From: Spirochaetia bacterium
GTDB lineage: Bacteria; Spirochaetota; Spirochaetia; SZUA-6; Bin103
Direction: 5' to 3'
NCBI GenBank assembly: GCA_965208575.1
Contig: CBDBOV010000004.1
Span: 1,088,001 to 1,152,000, forward strand
Length of the DNA stretch: 64,000 nt
Shown: positions 9,659-19,886 of the stretch, piece by piece
Numbering within the stretch: the first letter of the stretch is position 1
Layout of the letters: the number at the start of each line of letters is the position of its first letter
The notes under the pieces: model-generated
What the model saw: only the letters and a program-made list of their open reading frames with translations
Databases searched by the model: none
What the model was told of the DNA's origin: nothing
Program-made: the position numbers and the translations under genes

Positions 9659-10680
9659 GAACTACACCGGTTCTCACTTTCTTCAACAACAAGGGAGGAG
9701 TGGGCAAGACGTCGCTAGTTTACCACGTTTCGTGGATGCTCGCGGAACTCGGGCACGCTGTTCTGGTCGTAGACCTTGACCCGCAAGCCAATCTGACCGC
9801 TGCGTTTCTTGGAGAAACGCGTCTTGAGAAGCTCTGGGACACCGATTGTGACGATCGCGGAAACACCATCTATCAATGCGTTCAGCCACTCACCGAGGTC
9901 GGCGACATCCGCGAACCCAGGCTGTTTCCGATTGCGCATGAGCTGTTCTTTCTTCCCGGTGACCTTGCGCTGTCGGGCTTCGAAGATCTTCTCTCTTCAG
10001 AGTGGCCGAATTGCCTGGGAAGTCAGAATCTATATCGACCGTTTCGGGTGATCACTTCGTTCTGGCAGGTGATTCAGACCGGTGCCCGGCAGTCTGGAGC
10101 GCAGATTGTGCTGGTCGACGTCGGCCCCAGCCTGGGTGCCATAAACCGTTCCGCCCTCATCGCCACCGACTTCGTGATCGTACCGCTCGCCGCCGACCTG
10201 TTTTCGCGCCAGGGGCTGCGCAACCTGGGGCCTGCCCTCCGGCATTGGCGGTCCGACTGGCAGAAGCGGCGGCAAAACTGGGAGACTCCTTCCTTCCGGC
10301 TGCCAGAGGGGCACATGGAGCCAATCGGCTATCTCATCCAACAACACGGTGTGCGCCTGAACCGTCCGGTCAAGGCCCATGACCGGTGGGCGAGACAGAT
10401 GCCTGCCGAATACGCAGCACGAGTCCTGGACGAGCAACGCCCGTCAGAGAAAGGAGACGCTGACACCGATAGAAACGCCATTGCAACCGTCAAGCACTAC
10501 CGGAGCCTTGTTCCCCTTGCCCGGGAAGCCCGTAAACCCATCTTCGCGCTGGCCCCGGCGGACGGCGCCATCGGCAGCCATGCGGCAGCCTCGCGCGACG
10601 CGTTCCACGACTTCGAAGAACTCACGCGAGAGATCATGCACCGCGTCAAGCGCAGCGAGATCCTGCAGCGCGCCAAATGA
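9655..10680 (+). CDS. ParA/Soj-family ATPase
   Basis: FNNKGGVGKTS, VDLDPQANLT, DVGPSLG; ATGA overlap with the upstream stop. Confidence 0.88.
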   Translation: MRTTPVLTFFNNKGGVGKTSLVYHVSWMLAELGHAVLVVDLDPQANLTAAFLGETRLEKLWDTDCDDRGNTIYQCVQPLTEVGDIREPRLFPIAHELFFLPGDLALSGFEDLLSSEWPNCLGSQNLYRPFRVITSFWQVIQTGARQSGAQIVLVDVGPSLGAINRSALIATDFVIVPLAADLFSRQGLRNLGPALRHWRSDWQKRRQNWETPSFRLPEGHMEPIGYLIQQHGVRLNRPVKAHDRWARQMPAEYAARVLDEQRPSEKGDADTDRNAIATVKHYRSLVPLAREARKPIFALAPADGAIGSHAAASRDAFHDFEELTREIMHRVKRSEILQRAK

Positions 10681-10808
10681 AAGCCGATGCGCCTCAGCGA
10701 GTCGTCCACCGACGGAGCCGGAACGGCTGACAACCGACGCGGCAAGCGCGCCAACGCGAGTTGGCTGGACGCCATCACCGGCCACGGGTATGGTAGGCGC
10801 GCTTCCTG

Positions 10809-11762
10809 ATGGCATCCGAATCTCTGGCCGGCAGCGGCACACGATCCGCCCGCCGCTCCCGTCTGTGGCGCGAGTTGGCGCGCGATTACCAGTTGCACCT
10901 GATCATCGCGCTGCCGGTGATCTGGTTCATCATCTTCAAGTACCTGCCGATGTACGGCGCGCAGATCGCGTTCCGGGACTTCGCCGCCGCCAAGGGCATC
11001 TGGGGCAGTCCGTGGGTGGGTTTGGAACACTTCCAGAAGTTCTTCGATTCCTACCTGTTCTGGCGCATCCTCGGCAACACCTTCTTCCTCAGCATCTACA
11101 CGCTGGCGGCCACCTTTCCGATCCCGATCGTGCTGGCGCTGTCGATCAACAACGCCAACAACCGCCTGTTCCGGAAGGCGGTGCAGATGATCATCTACGC
11201 CCCCTACTTCATCTCCACGGTGGTGATGGTGGGGCTGCTGATCCAATTCCTGTCCACCACGGTCGGCATCGTCGGGCCGCTCATGCTGGCGCTGGGGATG
11301 GAACCGGTTTCCTACATGGGCCGCCCGGAGGCGTTCCAGTCGATCTACGTGTGGTCGCACGTGTGGCAGTTCTCGGGCTTCGGCACCATCATCTACCTCG
11401 CCGCGCTCGCCGGCATCGACCCGGAGCTGCACGAGGCAGCGATCATCGACGGCGCCACCAAGGTGCAGCGCACCCGCTTCATCGACATTCCCGGCATCAT
11501 GCCCACCGCCGTCATCCTGTTCATCCTCACCCTCGGCCAGCTCATGAACATCGGCTTCGAGAAGGTCTACAACATGCAGAACGACCTCAATCTCGAACGT
11601 TCCGAGGTGATCCAGACCTACGTCTACAAGATCGGACTGACCGGCATTCCGCGCTTCTCCTACGCGTCGGCGATCGGCCTGTTCAACTCGGTGATCAACT
11701 TCGTGCTGATCATGGTCGGCAACTGGATTGCCAAGCGGCTCGGCGGTGCCAGTCTCTGGTGA
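10809..11762 (+). CDS. Carbohydrate ABC transporter permease (LplB-like)
   Basis: PMYGAQIAF, SPWVGLEHF, EAAIIDGA motif. Confidence 0.93.
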   Translation: MASESLAGSGTRSARRSRLWRELARDYQLHLIIALPVIWFIIFKYLPMYGAQIAFRDFAAAKGIWGSPWVGLEHFQKFFDSYLFWRILGNTFFLSIYTLAATFPIPIVLALSINNANNRLFRKAVQMIIYAPYFISTVVMVGLLIQFLSTTVGIVGPLMLALGMEPVSYMGRPEAFQSIYVWSHVWQFSGFGTIIYLAALAGIDPELHEAAIIDGATKVQRTRFIDIPGIMPTAVILFILTLGQLMNIGFEKVYNMQNDLNLERSEVIQTYVYKIGLTGIPRFSYASAIGLFNSVINFVLIMVGNWIAKRLGGASLW

Positions 11763-12721
11763 GCAATCTCGTCGCTGCAGGTCCCGCCGGCGCCAGCGCA
11801 GCGCCGCCGGCGCAGCCAACCGCCCGCCGCCGGCGCATCCGCGGCTCGCGCGCCGACCAAGCCTACGACGTGTTCAACGTGATCGTCCTTACCGTGGTCG
11901 CGATCGGCGTGCTCTACCCGCTCGTGTACATCGTCAGCTCGTCGTTCAGCAATCCCGCGGCGGTCACCTCGGGCCGGGTCTGGCTGTGGCCGGTGGAGCC
12001 CTCGCTGATCGCCTACGAGCGGGTGTACAACTACCCCACCATCTGGCGCGGCTACGCCAACACCATCTTCTACACGGTGTTCGGCACCGCCATCAGCGTG
12101 GCCCTGACCCTGCTCGCCGCCTACCCGGTGTCGCGGCGCCGCTTCCGCGGCCGCAACATCTACATGTTCCTGTTCGTGTTCACCATGATCTTCGACGGCG
12201 GCATCATCCCCACCTACCTGGTGGTGCGCGACGCCGGCATGATCAACACCCGGTGGGCGATGCTGATTCCCACCGCGGTGGCGGCCTGGAACGTCATCAT
12301 CACCCGCACCTTCTTCCAGGTGAACGTCCCGGAGGAGCTGCTGGAGGCGGCGCAGATCGACGGCAGCAGCGACATCCAGTTCTTCTGGCACGTGGTGCTG
12401 CCGATCTCCGGGGCGATCGTCGCCGTGAACACCCTGTTCTACGCGGTGTACAAGTGGAACTCCTTCTTCGAAGCGTTCCTCTACCTGAACAATCAGAAGT
12501 TGTTCCCGCTGCAGATCGTGCTGCGCAACATCCTGGTGGTAAACTCGATGGACGCCAGCCTGTTCGCCATCTCGGCCGGCTCCGACGCCGTGCAGGCACA
12601 GTTGCGCGCACTGATCAAGTTCGCGGTGATCGTGGTGGCCAGCGTACCGGTGCTGATGCTGTACCCGTTCGTGCAGAAGTATTTCGTGAGAGGCGTACTG
12701 ATTGGTTCGATCAAGGGATGA
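11759..12721 (+). CDS. Carbohydrate ABC transporter permease (LplC-like)
   Basis: EAAQIDG, YPFVQKYFVRGVLIGSIKG; GTGA overlap with the previous gene. Confidence 0.92.
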   Translation: MSNLVAAGPAGASAAPPAQPTARRRRIRGSRADQAYDVFNVIVLTVVAIGVLYPLVYIVSSSFSNPAAVTSGRVWLWPVEPSLIAYERVYNYPTIWRGYANTIFYTVFGTAISVALTLLAAYPVSRRRFRGRNIYMFLFVFTMIFDGGIIPTYLVVRDAGMINTRWAMLIPTAVAAWNVIITRTFFQVNVPEELLEAAQIDGSSDIQFFWHVVLPISGAIVAVNTLFYAVYKWNSFFEAFLYLNNQKLFPLQIVLRNILVVNSMDASLFAISAGSDAVQAQLRALIKFAVIVVASVPVLMLYPFVQKYFVRGVLIGSIKG

Positions 12722-12763
12722 GCCTCTCCATCCCGCACACATTCAAGGAGGAGGTCACAGAGA

Positions 12764-14428
12764 ATGACCTGTACCGTTCGTAATTCGCTTGTGCTGCTGC
12801 TGGCGCTGACGCTGGCGGCGGCTGGAGCCACGGCCGCGTTTGCCAGTGGCGAGGAGGAAGCAGCCGTCGCCATGGGCGAGCTGTCGCCGCCCGGGGTCGT
12901 GCCGATCTTCGAGGAGAAGGTCACCATGACGGCGTTCGTGTCCTACACGCGCACCATCCTCGACTTCGAGGCCAACGAGATGACCAAGTGGATGGAGGAA
13001 CAGACCAACATCCACTGGGAGTGGGACGCGGTGAACAGCTCCGAGGACGCCAAGGCCAAGTTCACCCTGGTCATGAACAGCGGCGCCGAACTGCCCGACA
13101 TGATGATGGGCATGAGCATCACCCACGACGAGAAGCACCTGTACGGCTCGCAGGGGCTGTTCGTCCCGCTCAACGACATCATCGAAGAGCACGGCTTCTT
13201 CATCAGGGACGTGGTCGCCGCGGCGCCCAACTTCCTCAAGGAGAGCGCCGGGCCGGACGGCAACGTGTACGTGCTCACCGCCTACGAGGAGTGCTACCAC
13301 TGCGGCGTGGCGCAGAAGATGTGGATCAACCAGGTGTGGCTGGACAAGCTCGGCCTGGAGATTCCCACTACCACCGAGGAGTTGCGCGAGGTGCTGCGCG
13401 CGTTCAAGACCCAGGATCCCAACGGCAACGGCGTCGCCGACGAACTGCCGCTGTCCGGGTTCGCCAACAGTTGGCACACGCGCCCGTGGCCGTTCCTGCT
13501 GAACGCGTTCCTGTACACCGACGACAATGACATGCTCAACGTCCAGGACGGCCAGATCGTGGCCGCCTTCGTACAGCCCGAATGGCGCGAGGGGATGCGC
13601 TACGTGCACAGCCTGTTCGCCGAGGGCCTGATCGACGAAGAGATGTTCGTGCGCGACCGGTCGGCGCTGGCGCCGCTGGTGGAGGGCGATCCGCCGCGGA
13701 TCGGCGCCGGCACGGTCGGCCACCGCGGCATGCTCGGCGCCTGGCGCGGCGGTTACGAAGGCGGCTCCGGCGACTTCCGGGTGGTGCCGCCGCTGCGCGG
13801 ACCGGACGGCCACGTGAGCGCCGGCTACTTCCCGCCCGGACCCAAGGTGCACGACAGCGCCGCGATCACCAAGGACGCCGACAACCCGGAAGCGATCTAC
13901 AAGTGGATCGACTTCATGTATTCGCGCGAGGCGTCGGTGCGCAACTGGTGGGGCGTGTTCGGCGTCGACTGGCGCTGGGCGGAGCCGGGCGAGGTCGGCA
14001 TCAACGGCAAGCCGGCGGTGCACACCAACCTGGGCGCCGACGCGGTGTTCCTGGAGCCGCAGCAGACCCAGGCGTGGATTCACTCGTCGCCGTTCTTCAT
14101 GCCCTCCGACCTGTTCGGCGGCTCCAGCGGCGATCCCGACGAGTTCAACTACGAGGGCTTCCTGATCGACTCGTCGCACGTGTACTACGACCACATCCCC
14201 GAAGTGTGGGTGCCGCGCATGGCGCTCGATGTCGACGACGCCAAGACCGTCTCCGAGATCCGCTCGGTGGTGAACGAGTTCGTCTACGAGTCGGCGGCCA
14301 AGTTCGTGACCGGCCGCCTCGACATAGGCGACGACAACGACTGGAACGACTTCCTGGCCGAGCTCGACAAGATCGGCCTGCCGCAGTACCTGGAAATCAT
14401 GAACGCCGCCTACGAGGCCTACAAGTAG
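12764..14428 (+). CDS. Extracellular solute-binding protein
   Basis: Signal peptide ending AFASG, WINQVWLDKLGLEIPTT, DPNGNGVADE; AAGGAGGAGG RBS. Confidence 0.92.
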   Translation: MTCTVRNSLVLLLALTLAAAGATAAFASGEEEAAVAMGELSPPGVVPIFEEKVTMTAFVSYTRTILDFEANEMTKWMEEQTNIHWEWDAVNSSEDAKAKFTLVMNSGAELPDMMMGMSITHDEKHLYGSQGLFVPLNDIIEEHGFFIRDVVAAAPNFLKESAGPDGNVYVLTAYEECYHCGVAQKMWINQVWLDKLGLEIPTTTEELREVLRAFKTQDPNGNGVADELPLSGFANSWHTRPWPFLLNAFLYTDDNDMLNVQDGQIVAAFVQPEWREGMRYVHSLFAEGLIDEEMFVRDRSALAPLVEGDPPRIGAGTVGHRGMLGAWRGGYEGGSGDFRVVPPLRGPDGHVSAGYFPPGPKVHDSAAITKDADNPEAIYKWIDFMYSREASVRNWWGVFGVDWRWAEPGEVGINGKPAVHTNLGADAVFLEPQQTQAWIHSSPFFMPSDLFGGSSGDPDEFNYEGFLIDSSHVYYDHIPEVWVPRMALDVDDAKTVSEIRSVVNEFVYESAAKFVTGRLDIGDDNDWNDFLAELDKIGLPQYLEIMNAAYEAYK

Positions 14429-14534
14429 GACGTTTCGCGGCGGGGGCGAACAACCACGCCCCCGCCGCTCCTGGAACGAACGCGTAACCGGCACATGCTC
14501 TGCGCCGCGGATCGGCGTTTGATAAGATGCTCGC

Positions 14535-15636
14535 ATGTCCGAGCCCGATGGCGCTTCCGGCGATCGCCCTCAAGTCCCCGCCATCCCGTACGGGCTCGCC
14601 TACTTCAGGGGCATCCGGCGGGAAGGCTGCCTGTACGTCGACAAGACGCGCTTCCTCCGCCCGCTGGAGCAGGAGCGGTTCGTGTTCTTCATCCGTCCGC
14701 GGCGTTTCGGCAAGACCTGCTGGCTGTCGATGATGGAAAGCTACTACGACCGCAATCAGGCCGATGACTTCGAGGCGCTGTTCGACGGCACCGAAATCGG
14801 CCGCAACCCCACTCCCAATCGCAGCCGCTACGTCGTGCTGCGGTTCAACTTCTCCGCCTTCGGCAACGCCCTGGAGACGCTGGAGCGGGACTTCGGGAAC
14901 TACTGCCACCTCCAGCTCTCCTACGCGTTGGAAGCGTACCCGGAGTTGTTCCCCGGAACCGGCACGGCAGCGCATCTGCTCGCAGCCCACCATCAACGAC
15001 CAACTCAACGCGCTGTTCCTGCACGCCGCGCGTCGCGGCATCCCGCTCTACGTCCTGATCGACGAGTACGACAACTTCGCCAACACGATCCTGGCGCACC
15101 GAGGGGCGGACGCCTACCACGCCGTCACCCACGGCGGCGGCTTCTACCGCAGTTTCTTCGCCACGCTCAAGACCGGCACCGAAAACGGCAGCGTGGAGCG
15201 GCTGTTCGTCACCGGCGTCTCGCCGGTCACCATGGACGACGTCACCAGCGGCTTCAACATCGGCTCCAACCTGAGCCTGCAGCCCGAGTTCAGCGAGATG
15301 CTCGGCTTCAGCGAGGACGAGGTGCGGCGCCTGGTGGACACCTACCGGAATCTGGGCGTGTTCGACCAGGACGTCACCGCGGCGATGGACACGATGCGCG
15401 AATGGTACGACGGCTACCGGTTCGCGAAGGCCGCCGACAACGTCGTCTACAACACCGACATGGTGCTCTACTACCTGAAGCACTCGGTGCCCAACAAGAG
15501 CGGACCTGACAACCTGATCGATGACAACGTGCACATCGACTACGGCAAGCTGCGCCATCTGCTCACGGTCGGGCGGCGATTGAACGGCAGCTTCGACCTG
15601 CTGCGCCACGTGATCGCCGAAGGGCGGGCGGACAGT
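14535..15636 (+). pseudogene. AAA-ATPase-like / PD-(D/E)XK protein, 5' part (frameshifted and interrupted by a transposon)
   Basis: YVDKTRF, RPRRFGKT, LIDEYD, FVTGVSP, WYDGYRF; extra C in CCCC at 14951-14954; ends at the element boundary. Confidence 0.88.
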
Positions 15637-15792
15637 TGTCGGCTCTCAGATTGATCTGAGCGGAATGGGGGCGGACGTCTCACGATCGACTGGAGTGGAG
15701 GACGGGAGAGTCGAGGTAAACTGACCAGAAAAACAGGGTAGCTGCCCCAGGTGATGAGAACCGGACAGCTACCCTGAACTAAGGACAGCCGA

Positions 15793-16404
15793 TTGGTACT
15801 CCATCTGGCGGTTGATTTCAAGAGACTTCAGGAACAGGGCAAGGAGTATCGGTGGCCGCGGCCGGAGCGCTGCCTGGAGTGCGGTCGGAGGCGGCCGTGG
15901 GGCCATGGCTATGTCGGACGGTGCTTCGATGGCTGCGGCGAGCCGCTGTGGATGAAGCGCTACCGGTGTCCGGACTGCGGGACCGTGTACACGCTGCGAC
16001 CGGACAGCCACTACCGCGGGTTCTGGGCGCCGTGGCGAGTGATTCTGGTAGCCCTGCTGGGCAAGCTGAAGGGTGGTCGCTGGATCGCGCGGGTGAGCCG
16101 ACAGCGGCAGCAGTACTGGCGCCAGGGGTTGCGCCGGCAGTTGTTGCTGGAGGGGGTGACCGCGGTGAGCCGGCCGGGCCAGGTTGCGGCCAGTGCGCTG
16201 AAGGCGCTGGTGGTGCGGTTGATCATCGTCAGTACGCATTCGGTGAGCTACCGCCAGATACGGCGAGTGGATGCCGCCCCCGAGTTGGTGCTGGCGGTGC
16301 CGGTGGTGGGCTTTGCGGGACACCTTGATGGCGTCGGGAGCACAGCAGACAGCGCCCTGAAGGAGCCAGGGAATGAGCCGACACCCAGTCACGGGGCACG
16401 ATGA
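15793..16404 (+). CDS. Zn-ribbon protein (DUF6431-like) of the element
   Basis: CLECG...HGY...RYRCPDCGTVYTLRP; TTG start uncertain. Confidence 0.72.
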   Translation: MVLHLAVDFKRLQEQGKEYRWPRPERCLECGRRRPWGHGYVGRCFDGCGEPLWMKRYRCPDCGTVYTLRPDSHYRGFWAPWRVILVALLGKLKGGRWIARVSRQRQQYWRQGLRRQLLLEGVTAVSRPGQVAASALKALVVRLIIVSTHSVSYRQIRRVDAAPELVLAVPVVGFAGHLDGVGSTADSALKEPGNEPTPSHGAR

Positions 16405-16685
16405 GCACGGTGCTGGTCGCGGGGTGCCGGCTCAGACCGGGCAAGTGGCTGGTGAGCAGTGCAGGAGGACGCCGCCGCGGTGCTGGCGAGCGCCTTTGGC
16501 GCTTGGGTGGCTGTCCGGGCGACGCTGCGGGCAGGGCGCTGGTGGCGCGGCTGATCATGATCGGAGCGGAGAAAATAACGCGAACTGGCGCCTGGGTGAC
16601 CCCAAGCCTACCGGATCTTTGCGGTGATCGGCGAACCAATGGGGAGCAAATTGATGCCACCAACACCCCAGGAGGTTCCTCGATC

Positions 16686-18002
16686 ATGGAGGAAGAGAAG
16701 AAAAAGCGGATCGCGTTGTTCCGGTTCGGTGTGATCGCCGGCCTGATCGGGTATGCGAAGCTCGACCAGGGCAAGCGCGAGGCGCGCATCAAGGACCTGG
16801 CGGAGCAGGAATGGAAGATCCCATTCTCGCTGCGCAGTTCGATCAGCCGGTCGACGATCCGCGACTGGCTGCGGCGTTACGAGCACAGCGGCAAGAAACT
16901 GGAGAGCCTGTTCCCGAAGGACCGCGCGGACGCCGGCGTGGGGCGCAGCATCGATCCCGAGACCGAGTTGGCACTGGTCAATCTCCGGCGTGAACTGGCA
17001 CAGGCGTCGTTGTCAGTGGTGCTGCAGGTGGCGCGCCGCCGCAATCTCCTGCCGCCCGACTTCGCAGCCTCACGGCAAAGCATCTACCGATTGTTCCGGC
17101 GCCATGGTCTGCACCGGCAGCGGCCCGCGACGCAGGACCGGCGGCGCTTCGAAGCGGAACTGCCGAACGACTTGTGGCAAGCGGATTGCATGCACGGCCC
17201 GCGCGTGAAAAGCGACGGCAAGCTGCGCAAGACGTTTCTGTTCGCCTGCATCGATGATCACTCGCGGCTCATCACCGGCGCCCGCTTCTATCTGCGTGAA
17301 AACATCGACTGTTTCCAGGACTGCCTGCTGCGGGCGCTCGAAACGCGCGGTCTGCCACGCAAACTGTATGTCGATAACGGCCCCAGCTTTCGCTCCCAAC
17401 GACTCAGTTACGCCTGTGCATCGCTGGGCATAGCGCTCCTCTTCGCGACCCCATACACGCCCCAGGGAAAGGGTAAAATCGAGCGCTATTTCCGCACCAT
17501 ACGCACCCAGATGCTGCCTCTGGTCAGCGATCACGATACCCTCGAGCAGCTCAACGCCCAGCTTGCCGAGTGGCTCGACCACAGCTACCATCAGCGGCTT
17601 CACTCCAGCACCGGGGAGCAGCCCCTGCAGCGCTATCTGCGCCACCTGGAACTGCTGCGGCCTGCGCCCCAGAATGTGCGTGACCACTTCCGCACCATGG
17701 TGCGCCGCAAGGTCGACAAGGATCGTGCCGTCGCCCTCTACGGCAAGCTCTACGAAGCGCCGGTGGGGCTCATCGGGAACACCGTCAACCTGCTCTATCA
17801 TGAGGCTGATCCGTCCCGCATCGAGGTGTTCTTCGAAGATCGCTCTTACGGCTTCCTCAGTGAGTTGAACCCCCACGTCAACAGCCGCGTGCGCCGCATC
17901 AGCGGCCATGAGACCGAGCTCGAGCCGGCGCCGGAGCCGCCCGCTGATGACCCCCAGCCCGGCCCCCGCGGCGGCCAGCTGTTCGAGGAGTCCGACCGAT
18001 GA
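16686..18002 (+). CDS. DDE transposase (rve core, Mu-like C-terminus)
   Basis: LWQAD, IDDHSR, LYVDNG, PYTPQGKGKIERYF; AGGAGG RBS before ATG 16686. Confidence 0.92.
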   Translation: MEEEKKKRIALFRFGVIAGLIGYAKLDQGKREARIKDLAEQEWKIPFSLRSSISRSTIRDWLRRYEHSGKKLESLFPKDRADAGVGRSIDPETELALVNLRRELAQASLSVVLQVARRRNLLPPDFAASRQSIYRLFRRHGLHRQRPATQDRRRFEAELPNDLWQADCMHGPRVKSDGKLRKTFLFACIDDHSRLITGARFYLRENIDCFQDCLLRALETRGLPRKLYVDNGPSFRSQRLSYACASLGIALLFATPYTPQGKGKIERYFRTIRTQMLPLVSDHDTLEQLNAQLAEWLDHSYHQRLHSSTGEQPLQRYLRHLELLRPAPQNVRDHFRTMVRRKVDKDRAVALYGKLYEAPVGLIGNTVNLLYHEADPSRIEVFFEDRSYGFLSELNPHVNSRVRRISGHETELEPAPEPPADDPQPGPRGGQLFEESDR

Positions 18003-18829
18003 TCGACCTCAGACATGCCTTCGGTTTCCAACGCGATCCGTTCCCCCAGGACGTCCCGATCAACGGTCTGTACCCGATCCCGGGCCTGAAAGCGCTCACC
18101 GAGCGCTTTCAGTATGCCCTCGGGCTCGGCCTCATCACCGTCATCACCGGCGAGGTGGGAGCGGGAAAATCCACTTCCCTGCGCCATGTCACGAGCACCC
18201 TGCACCCCGCCGAATACCGTCTCCTGGCGGTCATCGCCACCACCGGCACGCTGCTCGACCTGCTGCGCCAGATCTGCCTGGAGATGGGCACCCCCCCGCG
18301 CTCCTCACTGGCCGTCCTCAGCCGCACCGTGCGCGACCTGCTGACCGACATCAGGCGCAAGAAGCAGACCCCGTTGCTGGTCGTCGACGAGGCACATCTG
18401 CTCCGCTTCGAGGTGTTCGCACAGCTCCACACTCTCACTCAGTTCGCCTTCGATTCGCAGACCTTGATGCCGATGGTGCTGGCCGGCCAGAGCAGCCTGC
18501 TTGACCGCCTGTTGTTCCATACCTCGCGCCCGCTCGCCTCACGGGTCGTGGGCCGCAGCCACCTCGATGCTCTCTCCCTTGATGACATGCGCGGCTACCT
18601 CGACCACCATCTGCAGCTCGCCGCCGGGCGGGACACCCAGTCCGCCACAGCGCGGCGCAGCGCCGACCTGCTCAGCGACGAAGCCGCCGTCGCCATCCAT
18701 CAGGGCTCCGGCGGGCTCCTGCGGCGCGCCAATCATCTCGCCCGCGGCGCCCTCATGGCGGCCGCTCGCGAGCATTGCTCGGTGGTCGCCGCCGAGCATG
18801 TCCGGCTCGCTGCCACCGAGATTCTGTAG
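17999..18829 (+). CDS. ExeA/GspA-like AAA ATPase (transposition helper)
   Basis: GEVGAGKST, VVDEAH, LAGQ; ATGA overlap with the transposase. Confidence 0.88.
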   Translation: MIDLRHAFGFQRDPFPQDVPINGLYPIPGLKALTERFQYALGLGLITVITGEVGAGKSTSLRHVTSTLHPAEYRLLAVIATTGTLLDLLRQICLEMGTPPRSSLAVLSRTVRDLLTDIRRKKQTPLLVVDEAHLLRFEVFAQLHTLTQFAFDSQTLMPMVLAGQSSLLDRLLFHTSRPLASRVVGRSHLDALSLDDMRGYLDHHLQLAAGRDTQSATARRSADLLSDEAAVAIHQGSGGLLRRANHLARGALMAAAREHCSVVAAEHVRLAATEIL

Positions 18830-18838
18830 GTCGGTTCC

Positions 18839-19153
18839 GTGATCAACGTCGCTATCAGAAAAATCGCCGGCAGCGACCGCGAATACTTCGCCTACGCCAG
18901 GACGTTCGCCGGTCGCGCCACCTACTTCGTGTATTTCCGTGATGACATCTGGGGCGCCATGGTGCTGCACAACTTCACCGACATGCTGCGCGCCGTGTTC
19001 CAGAACTCACCCGTCAAGCTGACTCTCGTCGAACAGGAACTCTCTCTCAAACATCCTGCCGTTCTCGGCTTCCTGAGACAATCTCCTGAGGACCCCTCAG
19101 CACCACCGACAGGAGATCTCGCCCGCGGCCACCGGCAACCCGGTGCAGAATAA
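18839..19153 (+). CDS. Hypothetical protein inside the element
   Basis: 104-aa ORF with globular-looking composition, co-oriented and inside the right end. Confidence 0.6.
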   Translation: MINVAIRKIAGSDREYFAYARTFAGRATYFVYFRDDIWGAMVLHNFTDMLRAVFQNSPVKLTLVEQELSLKHPAVLGFLRQSPEDPSAPPTGDLARGHRQPGAE

Positions 19154-19207
19154 TATGGTGTCCAGATTACCGTGCGAAAAAACAGCAGAATTACGTGAGA
19201 CCCAACA

Positions 19208-19886
19208 CAGTGACCTCGTAACCAGCTTCCCGCAGGCCCGGCTCAACCAGCGCGAGAACTTCCTCTCGCTGATGCACTACTTCGGGCTGCTGAGCATCCG
19301 CGGAGTGGCCGCCGGCGTACCGCGGCTCGGCATTCCCAACCAGACCGTGCGGCGGCTGATGTACGGCTACCTGCGCGACGCCTACCGCGACGTGGGCGTG
19401 TTTTCGCTCGACCTGGTGGAGTTCGACCGGTTGACGCGGCGGATGGCGCTGGAGGGTGAGTGGCGGCCGGCCGTTGAGCGGCTCAGTGCGGCGGTGGCGG
19501 AGCACACCAGCATCCGCGACGACCTGCACGGCGAGAAGGTGGTGCAGGGCTTCCTGGCAGCCTACCTGAGCGCATCCGGCTACTTCGTGTTCCACACCGA
19601 GATGGAGTTGGCCAAGGGCTACGCCGACATCGTGCTGGCGCCGCTCTCGGAGCGCTATCCCGGCATGCGCCACGGCTTCGTGATCGAACTCAAGTACGTG
19701 CCGCGCGGCCCACAAGCCAAGGCGCAGGTACCGGCGCATGCCGCGGAGGCGGTTGCACAACTGCGCCGCTCCCTGGCGGACGGGCGGCTGGCGCGACGCT
19801 ACCCGGACGCGGAGTTCACGGGTGTGGCGCTGGTGTTCCGCGGCTGGGAGCTGGTGCGGAGCGACGAGGTGACGGTCCCTGCGTAG
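19208..19886 (+). pseudogene. AAA/PD-(D/E)XK protein, 3' part (nuclease domain)
   Basis: LGIPNQTV, TEMELAKGYADI, VIELKY. Confidence 0.88.

Larger units (their letters stand above)
15637..19207 (+). mobile_element. 3571-bp four-ORF transposon (Zn-ribbon protein, DDE transposase, ExeA-like ATPase, small ORF)
   Basis: TGT...ACA ends, imperfect terminal inverted repeat (15/22), CAGT duplicated at 15633-15636 and 19208-19211; removal restores GRADS-DLVTSFP in frame. Confidence 0.92.

Noticed and set aside
16401-16685. 95-aa N-terminal extension of the transposase in the ORF track
   Set aside because: A strong RBS and the conserved-looking start at 16686 argue for the shorter protein
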